From Sulfolobales archaeon HS-7 (GTDB lineage Archaea > Thermoproteota > Thermoprotei_A > Sulfolobales > Sulfolobaceae): a DNA stretch of 64,000 nt. A program made the position numbers and the translations under genes. This document shows, one piece after another, positions 45,424 through 55,815 of the stretch. The notes beneath the pieces were generated by a model. The model saw nothing but the letters and a program-made list of their open reading frames with translations, was not told the origin of the DNA and did not search any database. Each line of letters begins with the position of its first letter. Position 1 is the stretch's first letter. The stretch is from assembly GCA_019704295.1 (NCBI GenBank), contig AP024596.1, positions 928,001 to 992,000 of the forward strand. Reading direction: 5' to 3'.

Positions 45424-46185
45424 TTACACTTCCCTTACCGCATCTTTTGAATTATTTACGCTCTTATCGGAATGAAGTATGGAGTTCTTTATCTCTGAAA
45501 CGATTGACATGTGTAGCTGATTTGCTTTTAGCTCATCAATATATCTTGCAGAAAAATAATATTTCCCGAAGATTGCGGTATTATTAAGTAAGTTAACGAA
45601 CCTCTTGAAGTCTGTATTAAGGAAATCATAAACGTCAGCTTCTACGTCACATCTAATTCCCGAGATTAGCGTTTCATAACACTGAGTGATAACCATTGGA
45701 TTCTGTTCGGGAAACTTCAGTTCGTATAATTTCTCAGCATAGATTTTCACTTGTTTCTCTAAATTATTTTCCCCAAAATTTACTGTTGCTGAAATCTCCA
45801 TAGTTTTACTTATGTAAGAGTAGTATTCAATGTAATGCTCGTTTCCCATTCTCCACTCAATTGCCATGCCTATGGGAACTTTATTCGTTATTAGATAAAT
45901 GCCATCAATATCTTTTTCATATTCGCTTAACGGTATATTTGGACCTATCTTATGGAAAGTGGAGCATAATAACCTTAACGCGAAGGAAAGAATAGAATAC
46001 GCTTTCTTTCTATCATTACTGCTATTAGCTATTTCCTGTAATTCGTTACAGGTTGCTATGGATAACTCGAATACTAAATCTTTAGGTGTATTACCAATAG
46101 TCGCTGTTATCCAGACTCTCCTTCTAAAGTTAACATTTATCAGTTTCAATGATGTTATTGCTATTGACATTGCAATTCTCTTCAC
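45424..46185 (-). CDS. hypothetical protein
   Basis: 253-aa ORF, no recognised motif. Confidence 0.7.
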   Translation of the reverse strand: MKRIAMSIAITSLKLINVNFRRRVWITATIGNTPKDLVFELSIATCNELQEIANSSNDRKKAYSILSFALRLLCSTFHKIGPNIPLSEYEKDIDGIYLITNKVPIGMAIEWRMGNEHYIEYYSYISKTMEISATVNFGENNLEKQVKIYAEKLYELKFPEQNPMVITQCYETLISGIRCDVEADVYDFLNTDFKRFVNLLNNTAIFGKYYFSARYIDELKANQLHMSIVSEIKNSILHSDKSVNNSKDAVREV

Positions 46186-46299
46186 TCTTAACCTTTAATC
46201 CTTTATTCTATTTGTTTTTACACCGCCTTAGAAATTAGCTAAAAGGAAATGTCCTGTTTTAACCAGTGAAAAGACCTGCCTTATTTCTCCTACGTAATT

Positions 46300-46460
46300 G
46301 GCGCCGTTTGTGCGTTCATTGTGAATTGTAATTTATGAGAAAGCATAATAAAATACAGTAAATTGCTGAGTTTAAATCTCCTTTCAGTGAGTACGGTAGT
46401 ATTGAATTAAGTTTGTTATAGTGACTGAAATAAACCGAATTCGTAAAGGATACGTGAATT
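46300..46460 (-). repeat. dispersed repeat family B copy (right arm)
   Basis: Reverse complement of 45151-45305. Confidence 0.8.
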
Positions 46461-46713
46461 GCTGCTCCGGCTATGTTGAATAACGTTTTTAGATACAAAC
46501 GAAGGTATAATATTGAATGCTCAGAGGAACAATGAAATTAGAAGAGGTGACGGAAAGGACGATATACTCTAGGTCACTAATTACGGATATTCCTAAAATG
46601 AAAAGAAAAGAACGGAGGGATTCAAAACGAGTCTTGAGTACGTTGAGTGCAAACCCATTTCCTTAGCAAGTTTACAACAATTATACGATGGAGTTGAATA
46701 CCTTAAAGCCTAC

Positions 46714-47457
46714 GTGGATACTGTAAAGAAATTAGGGGGAAATATACCGACGCGTCCTGATTCGATACCCCAACAACTTTACAATGAAATAGTTAAAGGG
46801 GGAAGACCCAGATTAGGTCCTATACCTATTAAAGGGGCAGATCCATATACTTTGGAAGGTATCGGCGCAAAAGTAATATGTAATAAGAGAGGTGTAGCCA
46901 TTCATGCAATAGTAGATTTCTCTAGTGGCATAAAGATCTTCCTTGCATATCAAAGGGACAAAACTATAGTCGGGGTAGACATAGGTATGAGACATGTTGC
47001 AACAGTTGTCGCGATTAAGGGGACAGATATATACGTCTCGAAATCATTCGGTAATAAGGAAATAATGGGAAAATTAATGAGGTATACAGGCGAACCGCAA
47101 GGTTTGGGATCTAGCGATGAAATAAGAAGGATATTAAAGCCTATTATTAACGATATAGTTAACTATATCGTGGAATTGAATCCTAAAGTGGTCGTTATGG
47201 AAGATTTGCGGAAAGTGAATGGTAGAATAGGGTATGCTCTCAGAACGGTGCAAGATATGCTAATTAAGTCTCTATATGAAAGGGGCGTAAAATACGAGAG
47301 GAGAAGTGCCTATAGTACAAGTAGGATATGTTCAAAATGTGGATATAAGGGTGGAGAACTAATAGGGTCGTTATTTGTTTGCCCAGCATGTGGTTTCACC
47401 GCTGATAGGGACTTTAATGCTGCGTTAAACCTGGCAACAAAAGGGTATTATTCCTAA
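46714..47457 (+). CDS. compact TnpB-like RuvC/zinc-ribbon protein
   Basis: GVDIG (D89), MEDL (E163), CSKC/CPAC, ADRDFNAALNL (D233); frame is open upstream to 46597. Confidence 0.85.
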   Translation: MDTVKKLGGNIPTRPDSIPQQLYNEIVKGGRPRLGPIPIKGADPYTLEGIGAKVICNKRGVAIHAIVDFSSGIKIFLAYQRDKTIVGVDIGMRHVATVVAIKGTDIYVSKSFGNKEIMGKLMRYTGEPQGLGSSDEIRRILKPIINDIVNYIVELNPKVVVMEDLRKVNGRIGYALRTVQDMLIKSLYERGVKYERRSAYSTSRICSKCGYKGGELIGSLFVCPACGFTADRDFNAALNLATKGYYS

Positions 47458-47476
47458 AAAAGGGTATTATTCCTAA
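47439..47476 (+). repeat. perfect 19-bp tandem duplication at the TnpB-like stop
   Basis: AAAAGGGTATTATTCCTAA twice. Confidence 0.95.
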
Positions 47477-48037
47477 AGTGAAGTAGATTAATAGTAATTT
47501 TAATTCTTCGTAAATTCTCGTCTATTGACATAACCAAACCGTTTTCGAAAAAGCGTTTACCCATAATAGTCATTTATTTTGTGTTTATACCTAGTTACTA
47601 ATAATACAACAGTACAACCGACTTCATTAACTATAGTGTTATCAAACATCAGAGGAGCTAATTATTCTGTCCTACTATAAAGCTTCCCACTTCTCAGTTG
47701 CGCCCTAGGGGTTCTATAAAGTTACTAAAGGTACCAACTCTATATTGAACTTCGTATTCATGGTATATCATACGTAACTGCCAGGAGGAGCAAAAGCTTG
47801 TTACATTAACTCTAGCTTAAGCGTTTCGAGGACACTCATTCCGTTTACAACTATCATCAATACGTCCATAAGAAATTTACTTTAAAGTAGGGAGGACGTT
47901 TATCCTCGCGTGCCATCGTCCCCTTAACCCCAGTTAAGATAAAGGACATATCAGTATATACCCAAAGGACTAGCTACATTCACTCAACGAAAAGATGATT
48001 TTTTAGACTTCTAGTTTATTATAGATACTGAAAGATT

Positions 48038-48766
48038 ATGGCGTTTGGACCAGCTGCTATGGGATATGATAGAGCAATTACTATATTCTCCCCTGATGGC
48101 TCTCTTTATCAGGTTGACTATGCTTTTGAAGCGGTAAAAAAAGGGTGGACATCTATTGGAGTTAAAAGTAAATCTGGCGTTGCAATAATAGTTGAGAAGC
48201 GTAAAGTCACTCCATTACTTGATATAGAGGGAGTAGAGAAGATTTTTATAATCGACGATCACGTTGGATGTAGTTTTGCTGGATTGGCATCAGACGGAAG
48301 AGTTCTAATAGAGTATGGAAGGAACTCGGCCCTCCAGCACAGGCTAATATACGACGAACCTATAAATATAGATTACTTAACAAGGGAAATTTCCGATGTA
48401 AAACAGGCCTACACTCAACACGGGGGAGTTAGGCCATTCGGCGTTGCCATGATTATAGCAGGAGTTGATAAAAAGGTACCAAAACTTCTGATGACAGAAC
48501 CTAGTGGTCAGTTCATGCCCTACTACGCTATTGCCATAGGTTCGGGGGGATATGCTGCGACGGATTATCTAGAGAAAAACTATAAAGAGGATATAAGCCT
48601 ACAAGATACGATTCTGCTTGGACTTAAGGGGTTACAGGCTACATTCAAACAAAATGAAAAAATATTACCTTCCTCAGTGGAAATTGGATACGCGTCAACA
48701 GACGAGGGCAAGTTCATTAAGATGAGCGTCGAGGAAAAGGCAAAATACATTTCAATGTTAGGTTAG
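48038..48766 (+). CDS. psmA: proteasome alpha subunit
   Basis: GYDRAITIFSPDGSLYQVDYA, GVRPFGV. Confidence 0.97.
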   Translation: MAFGPAAMGYDRAITIFSPDGSLYQVDYAFEAVKKGWTSIGVKSKSGVAIIVEKRKVTPLLDIEGVEKIFIIDDHVGCSFAGLASDGRVLIEYGRNSALQHRLIYDEPINIDYLTREISDVKQAYTQHGGVRPFGVAMIIAGVDKKVPKLLMTEPSGQFMPYYAIAIGSGGYAATDYLEKNYKEDISLQDTILLGLKGLQATFKQNEKILPSSVEIGYASTDEGKFIKMSVEEKAKYISMLG

Positions 48767-48871
48767 TAATGCTCGTAAGCTAATGCTATTCAGCTTAAAT
48801 ATGTTTTTTACGTGAGTAGGGCAAAGTATATAGTACACAAGCGTTAAACTTTACTAATACGTAAGTAGACT

Positions 48872-49780
48872 ATGCTGTATAGATTACTAGTTTTCGGTTA
48901 TGGTAAAGTAGGTCGTGCTTTTGTTAACGAACTGTCCTCCAGGAAAAATTTACTAGAAGATGATTACCTCATCAGTGGAATCGTAACCACTAAAGGGGTG
49001 ATGAAAGAAGTAAGAGAGCAATTCTCTGTAGACTATCATGCCGATCCTTTCACTGCATTGAATAAGGAGAGTCCCGATATAATTGTCGACGCCATGCCAG
49101 GGAATTACAGCGACGGCGAACCTTCTAAAAGCTTATACATAGAGGCTCTTAAGAATGGAATTCACGTAATTACATGCAATAAGGCTCCTTTGGCTTTATT
49201 TTATTGGGATATAGTAAGATATGTCGGAAAAGGTAAATTAGGTTTTCAGGCTACGGTAATGAGTGGAACTCCTTCGGTGAACCTTTATCGTATAGTCGGA
49301 CCATTAAAGGTTCATAGTATAAGAGGAATCCTCAATAGTACTACCAATTTCATTTTGACTAAGATGAGTGAGGGTTTATCATACGATGAGGTACTGAGAA
49401 TGGCGGTAGAGTTAGGTTTAGCTGAACCTGAACCCTCCTTAGATATCTCGGGTATAGATGCGGCCGCTAAACTTGCTATCCTCTCTAACTTTATTTTAAG
49501 GAAAAAAATAACAATAAATGATATTCATGTAGAGGGCGTACCCAAGAATCCCCGTGGTAAGATGAAGTTAATAGCATATGCTGACAGAGATACCGCCTAT
49601 GTAAAGCCCGAGGAAATAGAATCGCATGACATATTTTTTAATGTAAATGATAGTATGAATGCTCTTACATTGAAAGGAGATATTCAGGATATAACGATTA
49701 TTGGAGTCGGTGGAGGGCCTAGAAGCGCTGCTTTGGGAATGTTATCTGATCTAACATTAATTACACGGTATAGAACCTAA
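48872..49780 (+). CDS. hom: homoserine dehydrogenase
   Basis: GYGKVG, TCNKAP, GILNSTTN, DISGIDAAAK. Confidence 0.93.
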   Translation: MLYRLLVFGYGKVGRAFVNELSSRKNLLEDDYLISGIVTTKGVMKEVREQFSVDYHADPFTALNKESPDIIVDAMPGNYSDGEPSKSLYIEALKNGIHVITCNKAPLALFYWDIVRYVGKGKLGFQATVMSGTPSVNLYRIVGPLKVHSIRGILNSTTNFILTKMSEGLSYDEVLRMAVELGLAEPEPSLDISGIDAAAKLAILSNFILRKKITINDIHVEGVPKNPRGKMKLIAYADRDTAYVKPEEIESHDIFFNVNDSMNALTLKGDIQDITIIGVGGGPRSAALGMLSDLTLITRYRT

Positions 49781-49966
49781 AGTGAAATGTCCTGCCCTAC
49801 CGATAAAGCTCTCTATTCCCATATTTTAAAAGTAGAATTTTATGGGACAGTGCGCAATGTGTAATTAATATGAATATCTGAATGAACTAAAAGTTATAAA
49901 ACATGTCTCTGTAGATAAGCTACGAGTACTACTTTTTATATTAGTGAGGAATTCGCTCCTTCGTCA

Positions 49967-50273
49967 CACTATCTAATGTACAAAATCTTATGTTATTTAT
50001 TTTAAAAACTAGATTTTGAGGATGTAGGAATAACCCACCTTATGTTACTCAATTATGAGATAGTACAGGGGAATTAGGAGAGATTAAACTCCTTTGCTGG
50101 CTTCCTAAGCTTAAGAAATATCTAGCTTTACTCTCTACAAACTTCGAACTTGTTACGCTGAAAACCTCTCTTTACCCAAGATTCTAGAAAAATACGTGAT
50201 TACTTGTCACTATACTAAATAAACTTACTTTATATTATCCCCCTCCTCGTAATTAAGCGAATTTAATTCTGGA
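49967..50273 (+). repeat. family A repeat, right end missing
   Basis: 36-nt identity 50001-50036 = 59217-59252; begins with arm CACTATCTAATGT; an inverted right-end fragment lies at 49848-49910. Confidence 0.85.
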
Positions 50274-50293
50274 ATGTAAATCACATTAGCCTA

Positions 50294-50614
50294 CTATTTT
50301 AGATACTTAATCCCCCATTTTTGTATCTCTTCAAACGCTCCCTTCAGCTCTTTACCTTTCTCCGTAAGCTCGTACCTTACCTTAAATGGTCTGTCTGAGA
50401 TTATTATCCTTTTTATAACGTCATATCTCTCCAGTTCTTTCAGTGTAGAAGACAAAGTCTTAGAACTTAGTTTCGTCAATCTCTCCAGTTCATTAAATCC
50501 TTTTCCTCCATCTAATAAGTACCTTAAAACAAGTAACTTACGTTCACTACCTATTATTCTAATGGTCTCGACAATTGGGCAAAATGTTTCCTCAACTTTC
50601 TTCAAGGTAACCAA
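50294..50614 (-). CDS. HxlR family transcription regulator
   Basis: CPIVETIRIIG, FNELE, VRYELTEKG. Confidence 0.92.
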   Translation of the reverse strand: MVTLKKVEETFCPIVETIRIIGSERKLLVLRYLLDGGKGFNELERLTKLSSKTLSSTLKELERYDVIKRIIISDRPFKVRYELTEKGKELKGAFEEIQKWGIKYLK

Positions 50615-50669
50615 ATTTAGTTATATTCACGTAGTGTATATATACTTTACTTTCCACACTTACTTTGCA

Positions 50670-50876
50670 ATGGTTAGGTTAGTAAGACACGACCGGAATA
50701 AACCATATGAAATAAAGGCAGATAACGGACAAGTTTTTTACGTATGTGCATGTGGGCTATCTAAACATAAACCATTCTGTGATGGCTCCCACAAAAGAAC
50801 TCTAGATGAGGAAGAGGGAAATGTATATATATACGACGATGAGGGAAAAATAAAGTTAAATAACTTTTATCCGTAA
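50670..50876 (+). CDS. CDGSH iron-sulfur domain protein
   Basis: CACGLSKHKPFCDGSH; start MVRLV. Confidence 0.93.
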   Translation: MVRLVRHDRNKPYEIKADNGQVFYVCACGLSKHKPFCDGSHKRTLDEEEGNVYIYDDEGKIKLNNFYP

Positions 50877-50887
50877 AACTCTTTTTT

Positions 50888-51025
50888 ACTAGGAGACAGC
50901 CGAAGGTCCTTGATCTCTGGTAATCCGCATTAAGTATTATCCCCTTAATTGAGCTTGCGTGTTATGGCTATATTCCAAGAATTTAATTTTTAAAGTAAAT
51001 AACATTTATTGCGCATTGTATACTG
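50888..51025 (-). repeat. family A left-end copy (inverted)
   Basis: Reverse complement begins CAGTATACAATGC GCAATAAATGTTATTTACTTTAAAAA, matching the other copies. Confidence 0.75.
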
Positions 51026-51508
51026 TTACATGAAAAACTAACAAGTTTACGCACTTTTTCTAGAGACAAAGGTTGATCCTTACCCACTTAACGGAAATTT
51101 TGTAAATTTTTACTCTCATCCACTAGATTTTTCTCATATTTTCGAAACTCTCTCATTTTAGTAAAAAAATTGGCGTGAAAGCACCTATTAAGGGAACAGT
51201 TCACGTCTCCATTTGGAATCCCGTTTATTTAAAGTATTGTAGCAAATTTTATTGAATATTATCGCAATGCGTACGGAGATATTTACGCTTAAAAGTTTAC
51301 TTCATTTCATTTATTTTTCTCGTAAACTACAATTTGCAACTGACGCCTTAATCACTCGGTTAGGGAGTCAGATTCTTCTATAGAATGGAAAGCTCGCAAG
51401 CCGTATTACAATAGAGACCTTAACCTTATAGTAAAACCGATTTTTTCCACAGCACAATCTAGATAGGAAAAAATATAATGAGACGAGATAGAATATTATC
51501 TAATTGCT

Positions 51509-51592
51509 GCCGGGGTGCCCGAGCGGTCCAAGGGGCCGGCCTTGAGAGCCGGTAGGGACAACCCTGCGCGGGTTCGAATCCCGCCCCCGGCG
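51509..51592 (+). tRNA. tRNA-Ser(TGA)
   Basis: GCCGGGG/CCCCGGC acceptor stem, CCGGC-CT-TGA-GA-GCCGG anticodon arm, long variable arm, GGTTCGAATCC; no encoded CCA. Confidence 0.97.
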
Positions 51593-51639
51593 TTTCCACC
51601 TTTCTAGTAAATTTTTACATTAAACTTCGAGTTCAGAAA

Positions 51640-53230
51640 GTCGAGTTGAGGAGCCCCACAGGCTTTGCCTCTACCACTCCTGGGGGAACTGCGAATTCGT
51701 GAGAGTCAAACAATTGCTACGTCACTCTTATAACTGTAATACCGTTCTTTCTTGTACTTATTAATTACCTATAGCACCTAGAGTAATTTCTTCACAACCT
51801 CGTGGGTATTGCCCATTTGTTATATCGACCTAAGGGCGTTATAGCCTCTTGAATAGTGTTTTATCCCCTCGTTATACCTGGGCTTAATATTGTTTATCCC
51901 TTCACTTACTTGTTTGTTACCTTCTTGCAATACTTGGTTTTCCCCTAGTTTTGCGTAAATTCCTTCCTAGGAGTTCGCAAGTTAGTCTCGCAGATAGGAA
52001 ATTGAGGGGATTACTCCAAGGCGCTACATGCTTCGCCTCTAACATAGCTATGGGAACAGCGAGTCCAGAACGTTGCCTACATCAACATCGCAATGGATCG
52101 CTATCTTCATCCATAGTATTACGTTTTCTCCCCGTGCAAGGTATTTTATAACTGAATGGCAAGTAAAACTTGTCCTTTTTGTTCACGGGTTTTCCGAGTT
52201 CTAGTTCTCTAACCCTTTTCGAGAACCAGGTACGGCACCTGGAAAAGGTAATCTACTCCGTGATGTTTAACAGTTACCCTCACCCTTTCTCGCTCAACTT
52301 TTCTCAACGTCGATTTCACCTCTTACGTACACTATGTTAAGTACCGGTTTCCTAGATGAAGCTTATCCTCCTCTCGATCCTCCTCTTCCACCACTTTAGT
52401 ATCGATAACGCGACGCATACAGCGCTGTCAGCGTAGTGGAAAGTAAACTCGTTTAACTTCTTCAGTTCATCCCTCAACCCCTTATACACTTCCTTTATCC
52501 TTGGTAACGTTTTCTTGACCCTTGTAAAGACCTTCCCCTTTTTAACTTCCTTCCCCTCGACTTTACTCCTTTCCACAACCAGTCTAACGCGTTCCGTAGT
52601 AATCTCTTGTTCTCTAATAACACCTCGCTTTCCTCCTTCTTTTCGTTATTCACGGAGTAAGTTAGGTAAACGTACTCCCCTTCAGGTGTGAAAGTCTTAA
52701 GCCTTAAGCTCTTCTGCATATTTCTTTACCTTTTCATACTATGACTTATACTATATAGCTCACTGAATGACACTAGGATCGAGATGAGGTCTTAGATTAG
52801 CTCTTATTCTTGCGTCTTGTCATCTTTGTTTACCACAACTATTTCTCGGTTATGTGCTTTGCATATTTCTTCTACTATTTCCAGACCGAACCTTATTAGT
52901 CCCTCTGGACGCGCTATAACAATTTTTGATACTTCGTTTTTAGTATCATCCTGAACAGTTTGAGTAGTCCTTTTCACGTTCAATCCCTAACTCACATACG
53001 TTATCGCTTGGTCGTAACCATTAATCTGTTCCTCAGAGTGTTTTACTTGTTTTATCAATTCGTCCTCTTGCGTGTTGAGACGTAACGTATTACACTACTT
53101 TCCTCTTCCTAACAATATCCATCAAACTCTCCAACTTTTCCTTTCCGAACCTCCACTTTTCCCAACTACCGTTAGTTTAATGTAGCCCTTCTTTACTTAT
53201 TCCCTAAGCGTGGCATACGAGTTCCCTAGA
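51640..53230 (-). mobile_element. decayed IS607-family element (serine-recombinase tnpA and tnpB pseudogenes)
   Basis: Broken tnpA (SYATLRE..KKGYIK; RFGLEIVEEICKAHN) and tnpB fragments (EYVYLTYS, HYADSA); boundaries approximate. Confidence 0.82.
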
Positions 53231-53236
53231 CACTGT

Positions 53237-53380
53237 TATATTTACTCAGACCTCAAGGGAAAATCTCTCATTAGGCAGTGTATAACACACCTAACTCTGT
53301 AGAACACTAGAAATCATAGCTTCGGAAGATGTTATTGTATATGAGATAATCACTTGCTTTTTAAGGTCTGACCAAGTATA
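53237..53380. mobile_element. 144-bp IS630-type MITE
   Basis: Right end TTAAGGTCTGACCAAGTATA identical to 31260-31279; left end is a 16/20 inverted match. Confidence 0.85.
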
Positions 53381-53433
53381 ACTCCTTTAGGTCTTAGAAT
53401 CGTATAAGATTATACGATCAAGTAATGTAAACT

Positions 53434-53925
53434 TTACGGTCTATCGGAAACTGTCAGTAACGGCTTTTTCCTGACGTGACCTCCGCATACTTTACATCTT
53501 TTAATGGGTTCGCTAAACCTTTTTTTACAGCTATTACACACATATTCAAACCTTCTTGCATCTTTTATTCCAAACATCCTCACCGGATTAAATCTTATTT
53601 TAAAAATCTTGAGAATGTTCTGTAGTGAATAATCATCAGTAAACACTAACGAGTTATTAAAATCTAGAGCGAGCGCAGCAATAGAAATATCTGCATCTGA
53701 CAGGCTGAATTCCCCTATTCTTTTACACGTATCTTGGATTTTTGCTACTCCCTCTTTGCTGGGAGTTAATATTACTATTTTATTAGCGCTCAGACCTAGT
53801 TCTAAATTTGTCGAAGATCTGATGTCTTTAATCTCCTCAATAACTAGTTGCGTGGTAAATACTAGGCTGAAAAAGTTTTCCAGCCCCGCTATAAATGCGC
53901 CTGTGTCAAATATTACTTCGTCCAC
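53434..53925 (-). CDS. nob1: Nob1 family rRNA endonuclease (PIN domain and Zn ribbon)
   Basis: FDTGAFI, LSDADI, TDDYSLQN, CxxC..CxxCG. Confidence 0.93.
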   Translation of the reverse strand: MDEVIFDTGAFIAGLENFFSLVFTTQLVIEEIKDIRSSTNLELGLSANKIVILTPSKEGVAKIQDTCKRIGEFSLSDADISIAALALDFNNSLVFTDDYSLQNILKIFKIRFNPVRMFGIKDARRFEYVCNSCKKRFSEPIKRCKVCGGHVRKKPLLTVSDRP

Positions 53926-54638
53926 GTTAACTTTCTCCTCTCATTATAAAACCTAAGGATTTTAGCCCTTTTATTACTTCTGTTTATTAATATTTCAGTA
54001 TCTTCATCTACAGTCCCAATAATGTTACCGTCAACGAAAGTTCTGGCTTGCCCCGTATGAAATATTGGCTTAACTCTTGCCACAATAGGATAGTTATTTA
54101 CAACATAAGATCTTACTGGAGCCAGGATCGGATTCAGTAAAGTTATTACGGTAGCATCAACGCCCCTTCCTAAATAAGGACCTAACGCCGATAAGGACCA
54201 TCCAGTACTGCCTTGCTGAGTCGATATGACCACACCGTCTCCCTCAAATTCCACTTCTATCTCGCCCGAACTTATGTTAATAGTTATGGTTTTTCCGTTA
54301 TTCGCCATAATCGCAAAGTCATTAAAAAAGTCATATCCATTCACATTCAGCATAGAATAGTCTTCTATCAAGTATTCAGAATTTTTAAGCCTGTCTAGAC
54401 AATCTTCAACTTTATCGGGCTCCACGTCAGCTAAAAAGGATCTCCTCCCTGCCTTGAAAGCCACTATAGGCTTTCCAAATCTTACTGCTCTTAAAAGCGT
54501 TCCGTCTCCTCCTATCGAGAAGACGACTTCGGGTTCATTCTGATCCTCGATAAATCCCCTTTTTTTGGCTTCAGTTCTTATTTTAGCCACAAGTTCAGAT
54601 ACGGATGAAGAGGGCTTATTCACTATGGCAAACTTCAT
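53913..54638 (-). CDS. NAD kinase
   Basis: GGDGTLL, ND, DG...STQQGSTGW motifs. Confidence 0.93.
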   Translation of the reverse strand: MKFAIVNKPSSSVSELVAKIRTEAKKRGFIEDQNEPEVVFSIGGDGTLLRAVRFGKPIVAFKAGRRSFLADVEPDKVEDCLDRLKNSEYLIEDYSMLNVNGYDFFNDFAIMANNGKTITINISSGEIEVEFEGDGVVISTQQGSTGWSLSALGPYLGRGVDATVITLLNPILAPVRSYVVNNYPIVARVKPIFHTGQARTFVDGNIIGTVDEDTEILINRSNKRAKILRFYNERRKLTWTK

Positions 54639-54996
54639 TACGATCTACCTCTTATGGGATTAAGGTTTTATCATTATTGGGACTTGCTGTAAGGATGAGA
54701 CAGAACATTATACCTCTTTAGACTCTAATCGTCAATACGTCTTCCTTTAAGTACTCTAGCTTTAACGCTATTTAAGGAATCTCTAACTGGAAAACGCAAG
54801 TCATGTTATTTAGAATAAATTTATTTCAACTAATAAGATAATTCGATCTGTTGGGAACATAGCGAAAAAATCCTAAAAAATACGTTATTTTAAAGACATA
54901 TCATGAAAAGATTAAATATGAGTTGATATGTTTCGTAAGAGTTAGTAAAATGAAAGGTGATAGAAAATTAACTGCGAAAAAAACAAGGTTTATGCA

Positions 54997-55815
54997 ATGG
55001 ACTGTTTAGAAGGTATGCGTAAGTGTCTTGAAGATAAGTCTGTGGATGTCGTCGTAACTTCTCCCCCTTATAATATAGGTATTAAATATAACAAATATAA
55101 TGATACAATTCCTAGGAATCATTACCTAAATTGGATTGAAGATGTAGGGTTAGAGATTAGGCGTGTTTTAAAGGATGAAGGTTCTTTCTTCCTTAATATG
55201 GGTCACAAGCCATCAGATCCGTGGGTTCCATGGGAAGTGGCGTTTAGACTAAAGAAGTATTTTGTATTGCAAAACGTGATTATTTGGGTTAAAAGTATTG
55301 CAATACAAAAAAACGATACAGGGAATTATCCCAGTATTAGCGGAGACATTGCAGTAGGTCACTTTAAACCAATCAATGGTAAGCGATTCCTAAATAGTAA
55401 TTATGAATATATCTTTCATTTTACAAAAAGTGGAAAAGTAGAGCTTGACAGATTGGGGATCGGTGTCCCTTACCAGGATAAAACAAACATTGGACGATGG
55501 AATTCCGCAACTAAAGATTTAAGGTGTAGAGGAGATACGTGGTTTATTCCATATGAAACAATCCGAAGTAGGGAAAAAGAGAGGCCGCACCCTTCTACTT
55601 TTCCCCCTAAACTCCCAGAAATGTGTATACGACTTCACGGTTTGAATAAAGTGAACCTTGTCTTGGATCCCTTTATCGGAATAGGGAATACAGCACTTGC
55701 GTGTATTAGACTTGGATTAGATTGGATTGGTTTTGAAATAGATGAGTATTATGCGGATATTACAGAAAAAAGAGTTAAGGAGTACTTGTTACGGTCTGTT
55801 GAAAATGATCGATAA
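54997..55815 (+). CDS. beta-class N4-cytosine DNA methyltransferase, orphan
   Basis: TSPPY motif IV before DPFIGIG motif I; HPSTFP. Confidence 0.9.
   Translation: MDCLEGMRKCLEDKSVDVVVTSPPYNIGIKYNKYNDTIPRNHYLNWIEDVGLEIRRVLKDEGSFFLNMGHKPSDPWVPWEVAFRLKKYFVLQNVIIWVKSIAIQKNDTGNYPSISGDIAVGHFKPINGKRFLNSNYEYIFHFTKSGKVELDRLGIGVPYQDKTNIGRWNSATKDLRCRGDTWFIPYETIRSREKERPHPSTFPPKLPEMCIRLHGLNKVNLVLDPFIGIGNTALACIRLGLDWIGFEIDEYYADITEKRVKEYLLRSVENDR

Noticed and set aside
47500-47870. Possible decayed minus-strand gene starting MDVLMIVV
   Set aside because: Multiple stops; no family could be assigned.
53399-53418. 9-bp palindrome ATCGTATAA-GA-TTATACGAT downstream of nob1
   Set aside because: Single short occurrence; no function can be supported.
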